From the IMG/VR virus record IMGVR_UViG_3300000060_000001: a DNA stretch of 43,240 nt, one strand, 5' to 3'. A program made the translations under genes and the position numbers. Numbering within the stretch: position 1 is the first letter of the stretch; every line of letters starts with the position of its first letter. Below the pieces are notes generated by a model. That model had not been told where the DNA came from. It saw only the letters and a program-made list of their open reading frames with translations, and ran no database searches. This stretch comes from a virus. Shown piece after piece: positions 23,648-32,995 of the stretch.

Positions 23648-26103
23648 ACGGTTATGCCCTTACTCAAAAGATACTGGTGTTTATACGACAGCACTTCTTC
23701 GGCTGTCATCTCTACACGATGCTTCTCAAACATGGATGGGCCAGCTTCAACTTCAGCTGGGAATGGTACGTGCAGTGCATACTCCGGCCAGTGGTGGTTC
23801 ATGTACTGTGGGATGCACTCCATGATTGCCTTGAGTCCTACAAAGAATTCGTGAGGACAGTCAGGCGCAATGTCAAAGTAGAATGCGTCATGCACTTGGT
23901 TCATAGGCAGCGCCTTGCCGCCGAAGAACTGGTTGGCTACCAACCATCGGAACAGCAGGCCACCAATAGCCTGTACCCAGAACGCACACTCACCCTGAAT
24001 AGGGTAGTTGCGCATCTGTGTTGGCTTGTACTCAGCCACGTAGGCACGCGCTGCTTTGTTCCATTTGTCGTACTGACGGAAGGAGTAGCACGTCTTGGCT
24101 GGGGATGTCCATGTGCCACGGCGATACACATGCCAGCGGCCATACTCATCCTGCTCCTTGAACACACAGCTGTTACCCGTGCGCTCAACCTCAGGGAACA
24201 CCAGCTTCTCGAAGAACTCTTCCACCTCAGGGAACAGCTGCTTCTCGTTGTCGATGAACGCCTGCGCCTCTTCTTCAGAACAGCCAGTGCTGTATGCAAT
24301 ACCGCGCGCTGTTGCACCGTACTGGTAGGAGAACGCCATAGGCTTGATGTCCGTACGCATGGCGTCATAGCGCGCATGGTCTGGATGGTCCTCGTTATCC
24401 TTGGCCTTGTGCTTGACTTCCTCATACGTCTCACCCAGCTTAGCGGCGAGTCGCATGCAGTGCATGTCGATACCTTCAACCAGCGCCTTGGTCAGCGCGC
24501 GGTCCTTACTGAAACCACACAGCCCTACCACTTCTAGCGCCGAGTAGTCAGCTTCAACAATCTTGCCACCGTCGAATCGACTGGTGAACATCTGCTTAAC
24601 TTTACTCGTGCCTTTGCGTGGTAGGTTCTGGCTATTGGGTCGAGCAGAGGATAGTCGGGTCGTCTCGGTAGACGTCATGTTAATGGTATGGTGTACGATG
24701 TCATCTGGCTGGATGAACTGCATCATACCCGACTGACCGATAACATTGCCGTCTTCGTCGAATGTCTCGCTGAGGTAATAGGTGCCCAAATCCTTCTGCG
24801 CTTTGGCGCGCTCAGCAATCTCCACTACACCGGGGATGCCACGCACCGCCAGTATATCCAGCACCTCACCCGCCGTACTAAACACTGGTGTGCCATCAGC
24901 CAGCTTGCGCTTGCCTACCCAATCGCCAGTGCGCTGCAGCCACTTGCCCGGCTCCTTGCTGTCTTCCCACTTAAGGTTGTCAGCAATCTCAGCCGCACGT
25001 CTATCCTTAGGACGCAGCAGGCCGGGCAGAGTGTACAGCACCTCACCCCACTTGGTGTCGACCTCATCAGTATCAACCTTCTCGAACTTGGGCGCACCCT
25101 TGTTCTTGCCAGCTGCGTAGATGGTCTGATGCACCTTGCGCTCTGGGTCATACCACAGCCCTGCTTCCTCGTCAAAGGTACACTCGGACTTAGGCTTAAC
25201 CCACGTCTCCTTTCCTGCCTTAAACAGCGGAGCTTCTTCCTTGACGTAGATAAGCTGACCGTCCTTGTCAGTGCGCTCAACCCTGTCCTTATACTTCAGC
25301 ACGCCGCCGAACACGAATGCGGACATGTGGTATGCGGACGTGAACTTGAATTGTTCACGCGCCACAGCTGGCATGTCAGCTGGCAGGTATTGATACAGCT
25401 TCTCAGTCAGGCCATCAATCTGTACCTGAAGTTCCTGACGGTTGCGCTCAGCTATTTCGCGGTCAACGTGTAGCCCGACATGCATCATGTAGGACCACAT
25501 CAGCATGCCGTCCATGCGCATCAGCGCCATCTTCAGCATGCCCCGCTTATTCAGCTGCGCCCACTCACCGATTAGCACACGGGTGGTGTTCTCGATATCC
25601 CCGCTAGGGCCGGACAGATACTCGCTTAGCAGCTCTTGGTCAATCTGGCTGGTGAGGTAGCCAGCCTCCCACATCGCCTTGACGGCGTCGACCTTGTGCG
25701 TACCGCCATACAGCGGCGCAATCTCCGACAGCGCCGGGTACTGGTCCTGCTGATTGCTCAGCAAGTAATGCCCGTACGCTGTACAGAATACTCGGCCACC
25801 TCTGGCAATGAACGCCATGTACTCGTCATAGTGGTGGGTTAACCACCAGCTGATTTCATACGGGGCGTTGTGCGCCACGAGGATATCCACGCCATCCAAG
25901 TCCAGACGATAGTTGGCAAGGTAGTCTTCACGACTGGAGAAGCGCTGCTCCTCGCGCTCATAGAACTCCCAGCCATCTGGGCCTAGGTCTGCATCACGCC
26001 ACCCGGCCATGACTATGTAGTTGTCCGGACAACGTGGGGAGGCTAGCTCCCCGTACCACTCGTGATTCTCCGTTTCGTAATCGCAAATCCTAAATCTAGT
26101 CAT
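23644..26103 (-). CDS. Family-A DNA polymerase with an N-terminal 3'-5' exonuclease domain, 819 aa
   Basis: Exo I ICDYETEN. Motif A DYSALEVV. Motif B RTDIKPMAFSYQYGA. Motif C QVHDAF. Confidence 0.95.
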   Translation of the reverse strand: MTRFRICDYETENHEWYGELASPRCPDNYIVMAGWRDADLGPDGWEFYEREEQRFSSREDYLANYRLDLDGVDILVAHNAPYEISWWLTHHYDEYMAFIARGGRVFCTAYGHYLLSNQQDQYPALSEIAPLYGGTHKVDAVKAMWEAGYLTSQIDQELLSEYLSGPSGDIENTTRVLIGEWAQLNKRGMLKMALMRMDGMLMWSYMMHVGLHVDREIAERNRQELQVQIDGLTEKLYQYLPADMPAVAREQFKFTSAYHMSAFVFGGVLKYKDRVERTDKDGQLIYVKEEAPLFKAGKETWVKPKSECTFDEEAGLWYDPERKVHQTIYAAGKNKGAPKFEKVDTDEVDTKWGEVLYTLPGLLRPKDRRAAEIADNLKWEDSKEPGKWLQRTGDWVGKRKLADGTPVFSTAGEVLDILAVRGIPGVVEIAERAKAQKDLGTYYLSETFDEDGNVIGQSGMMQFIQPDDIVHHTINMTSTETTRLSSARPNSQNLPRKGTSKVKQMFTSRFDGGKIVEADYSALEVVGLCGFSKDRALTKALVEGIDMHCMRLAAKLGETYEEVKHKAKDNEDHPDHARYDAMRTDIKPMAFSYQYGATARGIAYSTGCSEEEAQAFIDNEKQLFPEVEEFFEKLVFPEVERTGNSCVFKEQDEYGRWHVYRRGTWTSPAKTCYSFRQYDKWNKAARAYVAEYKPTQMRNYPIQGECAFWVQAIGGLLFRWLVANQFFGGKALPMNQVHDAFYFDIAPDCPHEFFVGLKAIMECIPQYMNHHWPEYALHVPFPAEVEAGPSMFEKHRVEMTAEEVLSYKHQYLLSKGITV

Positions 26104-26555
26104 ATACTTACGTCCTCACATGGGTGAGTTCCGCGCAGCACTCGGTATATAACGTTAGGGTCCACCCCATAATCTCTGGCTAATTGCGTGACACCATTAG
26201 GCGCAGATAAACCTATCCGCTCTGGGCTATACCTCTTGCGTATTGCTCTGCAGTCTTCTGGTGTTAGCTTATGCTTAGCAGGTACGCGTTTAGCTGAACG
26301 ACCACGCTCCGCCCTATCCCTATTGTTATCTGCTATAGTGCCACCTATGAGATGCTCAGGGTTGACACAGCGAGGATTGTCACAGGTGTGACGCACTACA
26401 ACGCCAGCTATGTCATCAAGGTGTACACCCATCTTGCAGGCGTACACCATGCGGTGCAGTCCTACACAACGGCTGCGTTGTCCGGGCTTAGCTACTAGTG
26501 CATATCCTTCAGGCGTTAAACTCTTATGTCTGCCATGGTCTATGCATTCACTCAT
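26100..26555 (-). CDS. HNH (HNH_3-type) homing endonuclease with a C-terminal HTH, 151 aa
   Basis: HRMVY...VRHTCDNPRCVNPEHLIGGTIADNNRD. ATGA overlaps at both ends, with the nucleotidyltransferase stop and the DNAP start. Confidence 0.85.
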   Translation of the reverse strand: MSECIDHGRHKSLTPEGYALVAKPGQRSRCVGLHRMVYACKMGVHLDDIAGVVVRHTCDNPRCVNPEHLIGGTIADNNRDRAERGRSAKRVPAKHKLTPEDCRAIRKRYSPERIGLSAPNGVTQLARDYGVDPNVIYRVLRGTHPCEDVSI

Positions 26556-27241
26556 TAAGCTGTGCCTCCCAAAGTATCGGGCATGCGTGCAACATACGCC
26601 TCAATGTGTGAGTACAGCGCAGCATGCTTCTGTGCCATGTAGGCTTGGCGTCCATCACTGGCATCGGCGCGCACCGTGCGCAGCGTGAGCAGGTCGTCAT
26701 AACCATCAACGATAGCAGCCAGCGCTGGGAAGTATTGCACGTCGCTGGCCGTAAAGCTCGGCGCGTACGGGTAGGCCATGAAGTCATTAGGGTCACGGCT
26801 GTACTGCCCGGAGTAGCGCGGGATGCTGGATGGGAAATAGAACTGGTTCAGGTTGAAGTCGAACTCAGATAGCACCTGTGACCATGAACCGCAGCGGCTG
26901 ATGATTACGTCGACATCACCAATTTTGTACACGCCGAACAGACGGGAGCCGAAGTCGCCACCCTCTGCTGCGTCGTGATAGCTTGGCATGTATGCATACG
27001 GCAACGAGTTATCATACGCATGCGCACCTAGCACAATGTTGTACTGGTCGAGCAGGCAAGACACCTCTTCCATATCGTTGCCCCAGCCATAAATGATGAC
27101 ATCAAAGTCCTTAGGCTCAACGCCCAAGGCTGTGTCGCGTGCCCCGCCCCCGGCTACTACAAAGTTTTGCTCGCAAGACTGAAGCAGTTTACATACTGCC
27201 TCGACCTGTTCTGTCTTACTTGGCATATCAAATCCACTCAT
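26555..27241 (-). CDS. Minimal Pol-beta-superfamily nucleotidyltransferase of the CCA-adding / poly(A) polymerase head type, 228 aa
   Basis: VVAGGGARDTALGVEPKDFDVII fits GGxxRDxxLGxxxxDxD. EFDFNLNQ resembles the RRDFTINA motif. There is no body or tail domain. Confidence 0.7.
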   Translation of the reverse strand: MSGFDMPSKTEQVEAVCKLLQSCEQNFVVAGGGARDTALGVEPKDFDVIIYGWGNDMEEVSCLLDQYNIVLGAHAYDNSLPYAYMPSYHDAAEGGDFGSRLFGVYKIGDVDVIISRCGSWSQVLSEFDFNLNQFYFPSSIPRYSGQYSRDPNDFMAYPYAPSFTASDVQYFPALAAIVDGYDDLLTLRTVRADASDGRQAYMAQKHAALYSHIEAYVARMPDTLGGTA

Positions 27242-27423
27242 TTACGTTTCCCTTTTGTGTATGTGAAATTTACTACCGCGATGATATCTTCAGGTGGCAC
27301 GCTGTAACGCTCTGAGAGCGCCTCTGCGCCACGGAAGCAATCACCCTTGCGATAGCCTGCCCGGATTCTTTCCTGCTCTCTCAGGCTCAATGGTGCAGCC
27401 CTGTACTGCTTTTCGTCTGCCAT
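27238..27423 (-). CDS. Hypothetical protein, 61 aa
   Basis: The ATG at 27423 lies immediately after the upstream stop. The track's longer start overlaps the upstream gene. Confidence 0.5.
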   Translation of the reverse strand: MADEKQYRAAPLSLREQERIRAGYRKGDCFRGAEALSERYSVPPEDIIAVVNFTYTKGKRK

Positions 27424-27424
27424 G

Positions 27425-27907
27425 TTAGTCAGCCCTGCTAAACTTGGTGTCAACTGGCGCGTACCATGTGGTAGGCTTAGCTGCAATGTACGCATTATAA
27501 TCCTCAGCTGCCTTCACCAGTGCAGCATGCAGCCGCTCCGCCTCACCGTAGCTCCACTCTGGATTATACTTTGGTGGCTCGGCTGGTGCAGGCGCAGCAG
27601 CACCAGCTGCATAAAGTGGTGTTGGAGATTCCGGGGCTAAGCTACGAGCGTAGTCAGCCAAAGTCTGAGGTTTCTCTTTGAGCAGGCACCATTTGTCAGG
27701 GTCTGCTGTCCAGCAATGACCACCCTTGCCATCAGGTACACCACTACCGAGTGCGTGGAATGGACCTTCCAATGCAATGTGCAGCATAGTGTCAGTGCAG
27801 TGCTTGACTGTACCATAGCGGTCAGGCTGTGTCTTGCTCTGCACGAAGTCGCCCACCTTGAACAGCGGTGCTCGCTTGGCGTGCGGGTCACATTTATTTT
27901 TACCCAT
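27425..27907 (-). CDS. Hypothetical protein, 160 aa
   Basis: AGGAG-N5-ATG at 27907. ORF track. Confidence 0.65.
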   Translation of the reverse strand: MGKNKCDPHAKRAPLFKVGDFVQSKTQPDRYGTVKHCTDTMLHIALEGPFHALGSGVPDGKGGHCWTADPDKWCLLKEKPQTLADYARSLAPESPTPLYAAGAAAPAPAEPPKYNPEWSYGEAERLHAALVKAAEDYNAYIAAKPTTWYAPVDTKFSRAD

Positions 27908-27915
27908 ACAATCTC

Positions 27916-29181
27916 CTAACAGTCTTCGAATACACACTTGTCTTTGTAGAAATGAACCTGCGCCCGGCAGTGCGATGGCCGCCCTGCTATTTGTCGCTTG
28001 TTCTTCGGAGTGCTGATACCACGTCGTGACTCCAGTGATGGGTCATCGACGGAACCAACCATGATGATGACGTCGGTTGCCCCTTGAATCCCCGTCTTGG
28101 AATCCTTGAGCGCGTCGAGTGGTGGGAACAAATCGTTCTTGCCGTCTGCCGATACTTGGACAGTGGCAAACGAGACGAAGTTATAGCGCACGGCCAGCTC
28201 GCGCACCTCTTGCCACAGCTGCTCTACTTGGCTGGCTTTGTTGGATGTTGAGTCGTACGTTGACAGCTTGAAGTTGCCGAGCATATCCCAAACAACCATG
28301 CAGGGATTCATCGCTTCGATGACCTGCTCAGCCTTGGCCAATGTAGCGCCGTGCATATCCTTGACACGGATAATGCTACGCGGCGCTTTGATGGCTTTCT
28401 CGTACGCCTTGTGCAGCTTAGCCCTGTCCTTGCCTAGCTCCGCAAGTTCCGGGAGCGTGACTTCGAGCGCCGTCTGGTAGATGCGCGGGATGATATTCTC
28501 GCCCTGACCCTCGTTGTTGAACCACAGGATAGGTCGCCCCGGATACAACCGATGGGCAGTCTCCGCCATGCGCACAAGATTATATGCGATGAATGAGGTC
28601 TTCCCACTGTCAGGTCGGGCAGCGATTGCAACGGAATCCCCCGGCAGAAGTACGCGTATACAGTCTTGCAGACAGAGTAAAGGAAACTTAAAGCCGTGCC
28701 CTTCATCCGTCTTAGCCATGATGTCAACGACGTCAGTGTCGATGTAGTCCGTGACGGAGGACTGTCCACGCGAGCGTCGTGCCGACTCAGCCAGCTTACC
28801 AAGCTCGTAAATAACATCAATTTCCTCCCCGTTATCGAAGCGCTGCATGATAAGGTTAGCCCGGCCAGCTGTATCCAGCTCGACCAGCTGGTCAACGATA
28901 CCTTCGCGCGCCTGTTTAGTTGGTTGATATTCAGATAGCTGTTCGCACAGTGCCTCGAATGCAGCCATCTGCTCGGGTGAGCTGCCCGTCTTTAGCCGGA
29001 CGTGCGTACCCAGCGCCTCCAAATCCACGTAGTCAGATTCAGGGAACGCCGTGAAGTACGACTCGTACGCCTTCAGCATGTAGCTTGTCGCAGTAGACAG
29101 TGCATCCACTGGCACGCTGTGCCTCAGGGTATTGAACTTGCCCCGCTCGCGTAGCACTGTCAGTAACAGCTTGTCTAACAT
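27916..29181 (-). CDS. DnaB-like replicative DNA helicase, 421 aa
   Basis: Walker A ARPDSGKTSF. Walker B-like CMVVWDMLG. Position after the primase gene. Confidence 0.9.
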   Translation of the reverse strand: MLDKLLLTVLRERGKFNTLRHSVPVDALSTATSYMLKAYESYFTAFPESDYVDLEALGTHVRLKTGSSPEQMAAFEALCEQLSEYQPTKQAREGIVDQLVELDTAGRANLIMQRFDNGEEIDVIYELGKLAESARRSRGQSSVTDYIDTDVVDIMAKTDEGHGFKFPLLCLQDCIRVLLPGDSVAIAARPDSGKTSFIAYNLVRMAETAHRLYPGRPILWFNNEGQGENIIPRIYQTALEVTLPELAELGKDRAKLHKAYEKAIKAPRSIIRVKDMHGATLAKAEQVIEAMNPCMVVWDMLGNFKLSTYDSTSNKASQVEQLWQEVRELAVRYNFVSFATVQVSADGKNDLFPPLDALKDSKTGIQGATDVIIMVGSVDDPSLESRRGISTPKNKRQIAGRPSHCRAQVHFYKDKCVFEDC

Positions 29182-29182
29182 T

Positions 29183-29896
29183 CTACTCCCCTACGATGTA
29201 TGCCCTGCCACACACGCTCAGCTCGCGTCTGAGACGCGCTGCGCTTGGGTGACGTATTGCTACGTCCGTGTACCCAAAGGCCAGCACAACGCTAACCAGA
29301 GCTTCTACGGTGGCATCATCCACGTTAGCCACGAACGCAGCACTACCACCCCCACGAATGTGCTCGACGTAGTCTGCCGCCTCAGAGTACACCCACATGT
29401 AGTGGTGCTCATCACCTTGGCGCTTTTGCTGTACCTTGACAGCAAGGCTGTGTTTATGCGGCGAGCGCCACGGAATGAACTGCTTGCCCGTGAAGTCCAG
29501 CCCACAGAACGATGCGGTATCATCCGGTAGGTATATGCGGCCATACGTCTCGGATGCAGTGAGCTGGGAGATGTGGGGCATCAGCCCCTCACGTTCAAGC
29601 ACAGGCATCAGCAGCGCCGGGCGCTTGGCAATCAGCTCGACCAGTGGACGAACATCGTCAGGCACCTTGGCTTGAACAACCTCGGCTACCTGATACGGTG
29701 CATGCTCAAGGTCAAGATGACGGGCATAGCCGCAGCGGTAGCACTTGCACCACACCCCGTCTTTGTCCCGGCCATACTCAAACGACGTCTTGTTGAACTT
29801 GGTCTGACACTGGTGGAATCCCCGGCGCTTGCTGCCTATGGGTAGACGCTTGGCCAAGTCTGGCCACTCGTCATTGTGAATGGCGCGTAGTTTCAT
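29183..29896 (-). CDS. Putative DNA primase, 237 aa
   Basis: Zinc-ribbon-like HQCQ...CKCYRCG. Position directly upstream of the helicase gene. Called mainly from synteny. Confidence 0.55.
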   Translation of the reverse strand: MKLRAIHNDEWPDLAKRLPIGSKRRGFHQCQTKFNKTSFEYGRDKDGVWCKCYRCGYARHLDLEHAPYQVAEVVQAKVPDDVRPLVELIAKRPALLMPVLEREGLMPHISQLTASETYGRIYLPDDTASFCGLDFTGKQFIPWRSPHKHSLAVKVQQKRQGDEHHYMWVYSEAADYVEHIRGGGSAAFVANVDDATVEALVSVVLAFGYTDVAIRHPSAARLRRELSVCGRAYIVGE

Positions 29897-30330
29897 TCTT
29901 TATCCCACTCGTTCTGGTAGGTGGTGATGCGTTTACGGTTGAGTGTGGCTACTACCTTGACCACACGCACGCAGCTGAGCTTGTGCGCTGCAGCCAATCG
30001 TTCAGCTTCAGCGTATGCCTCTTCTTCAGTGCAATGAGTTACCTTAGGTTCACGCCCACTGTCGGGTACTACGCACATGTAGCGCCCCCTCGTCTCTGCG
30101 GTAGGCATATGCATTAGTGCGTTTCTAGCCATATCGGCGTTGTAATTTCGAATGGCATAGTCAATACGCGTATCACCATGCTCATCAACATTCCAGCACA
30201 CAGCTAATACTAGGTCTGTTGGACATTTTGGAACCGGATTAACCCATATTACAATCCCGGTACTACGGTAAAGCCCAGAGTTTGGATGTGTATTCCACAC
30301 GCGGTCGCCTACTTTAAATTCTGTATTCAT
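29893..30330 (-). CDS. Hypothetical protein, 145 aa
   Basis: ATGA overlaps at both ends. Confidence 0.7.
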   Translation of the reverse strand: MNTEFKVGDRVWNTHPNSGLYRSTGIVIWVNPVPKCPTDLVLAVCWNVDEHGDTRIDYAIRNYNADMARNALMHMPTAETRGRYMCVVPDSGREPKVTHCTEEEAYAEAERLAAAHKLSCVRVVKVVATLNRKRITTYQNEWDKE

Positions 30331-30509
30331 TTAATCCACCTTCTGTTATAACCGATGTCCAGTGACTTACACATAGCAAATCCACCGTAAGCCATGCCAG
30401 CTAAAAATGTCACGGCTGGGGGCAGCATAGGAAAGAAGTAAAGGGTGCTACCAAGCACGATAGTCCATACTAATATGAATAAAATAAATAAGCCTAATAC
30501 ACGCAACAT
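30327..30509 (-). CDS. Small membrane protein with two predicted TM helices, 60 aa
   Basis: GGAGG RBS. Hydrophobic stretches VLGLFILFILVWTIVLGSTLYFF and AVTFLAGMAYGGFAMC. Confidence 0.6.
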   Translation of the reverse strand: MLRVLGLFILFILVWTIVLGSTLYFFPMLPPAVTFLAGMAYGGFAMCKSLDIGYNRRWIK

Positions 30510-30528
30510 AAATACCTCCGCAAGTTGT

Positions 30529-30549
30529 CGGCAATATAGTAGTTCTCAT
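30529..30549 (-). promoter_or_regulatory. Phage-promoter-like motif, copy C (ATGAGAACTACTATATTGCCG)
   Basis: Intergenic, at the boundary between the early genes and the replication module. Matches the consensus shared with 15907-15935. Confidence 0.45.
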
Positions 30550-30574
30550 AATGCCCACTAATATAATGGGCATT
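30550..30574 (-). promoter_or_regulatory. Intergenic hairpin (AATGCCCA-N9-TGGGCATT) directly upstream of promoter-like copy C
   Basis: 8-bp perfect stem. No U tract follows, so it is not a classical intrinsic terminator. Confidence 0.5.
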
Positions 30575-30583
30575 GGGATACGG

Positions 30584-30751
30584 CTATGCTGCCATATAAT
30601 TGGCAATGCGCTCTAAGTCATCCAGCTTGGACTCAGCTTCCCACCGAGTATCGCGCACGGCCAGTGGTTTCATTGGTTCGGCCTCGTTAATCACCCACCA
30701 GTGCATGCCAGTGGGTGACTTGCGCACAGCCAGCTTAATGTTTGCTTGCAT
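30584..30751 (-). CDS. Hypothetical protein, 55 aa
   Basis: AGAGG-N6-ATG at 30751. Overlaps the upstream gene by 17 nt. Confidence 0.5.
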   Translation of the reverse strand: MQANIKLAVRKSPTGMHWWVINEAEPMKPLAVRDTRWEAESKLDDLERIANYMAA

Positions 30752-31247
30752 GCTGTGCCTCTGCGATTGCTGCCAGTACCTCAGCACCTACATTGTCGCG
30801 CAGGTGCACCACAAAGGCGTCGAACACCTCAGCTATAAAGAACAACATGATTGCAGTCGGGCTAACGTCCGCCGGGAATACGCTGTTCATGTACCAGTCG
30901 TGATACATCTCCGGCCCACGGTCAGTGGCCATTTCACCAATAAGGTGCACGGCTGTATGGTCGATGAACTGCACCATCAGCTCGTCAGCAGCGTGCTCTT
31001 GACGATTGGCGTTAGCCACCAGCTCAACCAGAATGGCCAGTTGTGCGCCCGTAACGGATGTAGCGATAGCTTCCGGGCGCAATACCTTCAGCTCATCGGC
31101 GCGCAGCAGTGACAGGTACACGCGCTTGGGAAGGTAGCCGCCTTGATACTCAACTACAGCCAGCGCGTCCGCGTCGTCCAGCTCAATGGCTGACTTGATT
31201 ACACTGTCGCGCTGCTCTTTGTTGAACTTCTCGAAGTTAATGGCCAT
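30735..31247 (-). CDS. Hypothetical protein, 170 aa
   Basis: ORF track. GAGGG RBS. Confidence 0.7.
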   Translation of the reverse strand: MAINFEKFNKEQRDSVIKSAIELDDADALAVVEYQGGYLPKRVYLSLLRADELKVLRPEAIATSVTGAQLAILVELVANANRQEHAADELMVQFIDHTAVHLIGEMATDRGPEMYHDWYMNSVFPADVSPTAIMLFFIAEVFDAFVVHLRDNVGAEVLAAIAEAQHASKH

Positions 31248-31249
31248 GA

Positions 31250-31543
31250 TTATTTACCCTCTTTGATTTTACGAATGGTGAACTTGTCACCCTCATACGC
31301 TTGGAATTCCACAGCAGTGTGGTGCCCCAGCTTGGTTACTACCAGACGGCTGCCGTCGTACTCGACCTCACCGATGCGCTGGATATAGCCGACATACGCC
31401 ACGACATAGTCGCCAATCTCCAGCTGCTCAGTGGTCTTGGTCACGTACTCAAACGGTGAGTCGTGCTCCTCAGGTCCGTCCGGGTACAGCACACTGTCTG
31501 TAATCCACTGCAGGAATTTCTCCCATTTACTTTTAATGCTCAT
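31250..31543 (-). CDS. Hypothetical protein, 97 aa
   Basis: ATGA overlap with the upstream stop. Confidence 0.7.
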   Translation of the reverse strand: MSIKSKWEKFLQWITDSVLYPDGPEEHDSPFEYVTKTTEQLEIGDYVVAYVGYIQRIGEVEYDGSRLVVTKLGHHTAVEFQAYEGDKFTIRKIKEGK

Positions 31544-31782
31544 GTTGTACCTCTCTTGAACTGAATATTAGTGCCGACCAATGTATACCAGTGTTGTTGT
31601 GCAAGCGTAATCCATTTCACTCGACGGCATACAACCCTAGACTGCACGGGATGCCCGCTGATAGCCCTGAGCACACAGCATTTATCGGTGCCGCGTGCCC
31701 AGCACATCATCCACCAATGGGTGCCATACGGGTCTACATAGACATTGCCTTGGCGGACGCGCGGCGTGTTTCTGCCATTCAT
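31540..31782 (-). CDS. Hypothetical W/C-rich basic protein, 80 aa
   Basis: ATGA overlaps at both ends. Confidence 0.6.
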   Translation of the reverse strand: MNGRNTPRVRQGNVYVDPYGTHWWMMCWARGTDKCCVLRAISGHPVQSRVVCRRVKWITLAQQHWYTLVGTNIQFKRGTT

Positions 31783-32057
31783 TGCGCTCTCCCGTCAAGC
31801 CAGCTCTCAGCCGCTGCGTACGCTGCGTCGTATGATATGTAGCCCTCATGCTCCTCACTGTCCGGCGATATGAAACCCCACAGCAAGCCGTTGCTAGGGT
31901 TACCATACGAGTAGATTACGCACGGGAACACGCCACCTACGCTATGACCACGCAGCCCGCCGTTACCAGCGCAGTGCCCTCTGGTTGCGGCTATACCACG
32001 GGCTTCCTCAAGCTCGCGTATAGCAGCAGGGCTAATGTCAGCTAATTTGTTAGCCAT
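31779..32057 (-). CDS. Hypothetical protein, 92 aa
   Basis: GGAGG-N6-ATG at 32057. The track start at 32120 lies inside the upstream hairpin region. Confidence 0.65.
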   Translation of the reverse strand: MANKLADISPAAIRELEEARGIAATRGHCAGNGGLRGHSVGGVFPCVIYSYGNPSNGLLWGFISPDSEEHEGYISYDAAYAAAESWLDGRAQ

Positions 32058-32116
32058 GATACACCTCCGCTTGTTTGATATTGAGTATGCCCTCACAGCG
32101 TAAGGGCATAGGCAAA

Positions 32117-32356
32117 TCAAGCAGTCAACTTAAATACTGTTGTGTCCCAAGGGGCTTTTGCATAGCCCACACGCCTACCCGTATCGTCTATGAAGACATA
32201 GTAGTCGAGACCACAGCCGGGATTTCCAAGGTCATCAACCTCCTCTGGGCCATACACCGTAGCTGCGTACGGCTTACCCTCCGTAACGTCGCACAGCATA
32301 TAATGCGCTGCGTCACTATCAATCTTTTCAAATGTAATTGCAACTTTACTAGCCAT
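32117..32356 (-). CDS. Hypothetical acidic protein, 79 aa
   Basis: GAGG RBS. ORF track. Confidence 0.65.
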   Translation of the reverse strand: MASKVAITFEKIDSDAAHYMLCDVTEGKPYAATVYGPEEVDDLGNPGCGLDYYVFIDDTGRRVGYAKAPWDTTVFKLTA

Positions 32357-32363
32357 GTGGACC

Positions 32364-32663
32364 TCACATCAAATTTATATTATGCCCATTAATGGACAGG
32401 GTGACGAGGACAGTGGTGCCATCCTTCGTTATGGATTCCCGCAGGCGGGGTAGCACTTCTTCGCAGGTGCCCACGAATGCCATGCGGGATATTTCGCCGG
32501 ACTTGCGCAGCTCGATTGAGCATGCATCGGTAATCTGTCCACCCGGCAGGCCGAGCGGAACATCATACCCATCTAAATGCACGCGTTCCACTGCGCTTGC
32601 TTTGGCTGTGTGGCTCACGCCGTAAAGGCTAGCCAGAAACAGCAGGATGAACAGACCTTTCAT
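32364..32663 (-). CDS. Early secreted/periplasmic protein with a cleavable signal peptide, 99 aa
   Basis: MKGLFILLFLASLYGVSHTAKA|SAVE is an n-h-c signal peptide with an AxA-like site. The ATG at 32663 is 2 nt after the upstream stop. Confidence 0.65.
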   Translation of the reverse strand: MKGLFILLFLASLYGVSHTAKASAVERVHLDGYDVPLGLPGGQITDACSIELRKSGEISRMAFVGTCEEVLPRLRESITKDGTTVLVTLSINGHNINLM

Positions 32664-32665
32664 GA

Positions 32666-32995
32666 TTAATCCCCTATACCGAACAGGTATATTTCGCCGT
32701 CGTAAATTACGTCCAGCTCGGCCAGCCACTTCTCAGTGACAGGCTCACCCGGACACCAGTGCTGGTCATTCAGCAGGTCAGTCACAAAAGCCAGCCCACT
32801 GGCATACGCTTTTGCCCGGTCGATAAGCTGCTGGTCAGTGGCCTTCTCGATGTCAATCGGAACACCCAGCACGTCAGCTTTGTCGAAGATAACCAGCCCT
32901 TCTTGGTTATCCGGCAGTCGATAGCGAAGACAAAACACAGGTTGCTTGTCCTCGCAGTCAATGCCCCGGTAGATACGGGCAGGTTGATGCGCCAT
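32666..32995 (-). CDS. Hypothetical protein, 109 aa
   Basis: GAGG RBS. ORF track. Confidence 0.7.
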   Translation of the reverse strand: MAHQPARIYRGIDCEDKQPVFCLRYRLPDNQEGLVIFDKADVLGVPIDIEKATDQQLIDRAKAYASGLAFVTDLLNDQHWCPGEPVTEKWLAELDVIYDGEIYLFGIGD

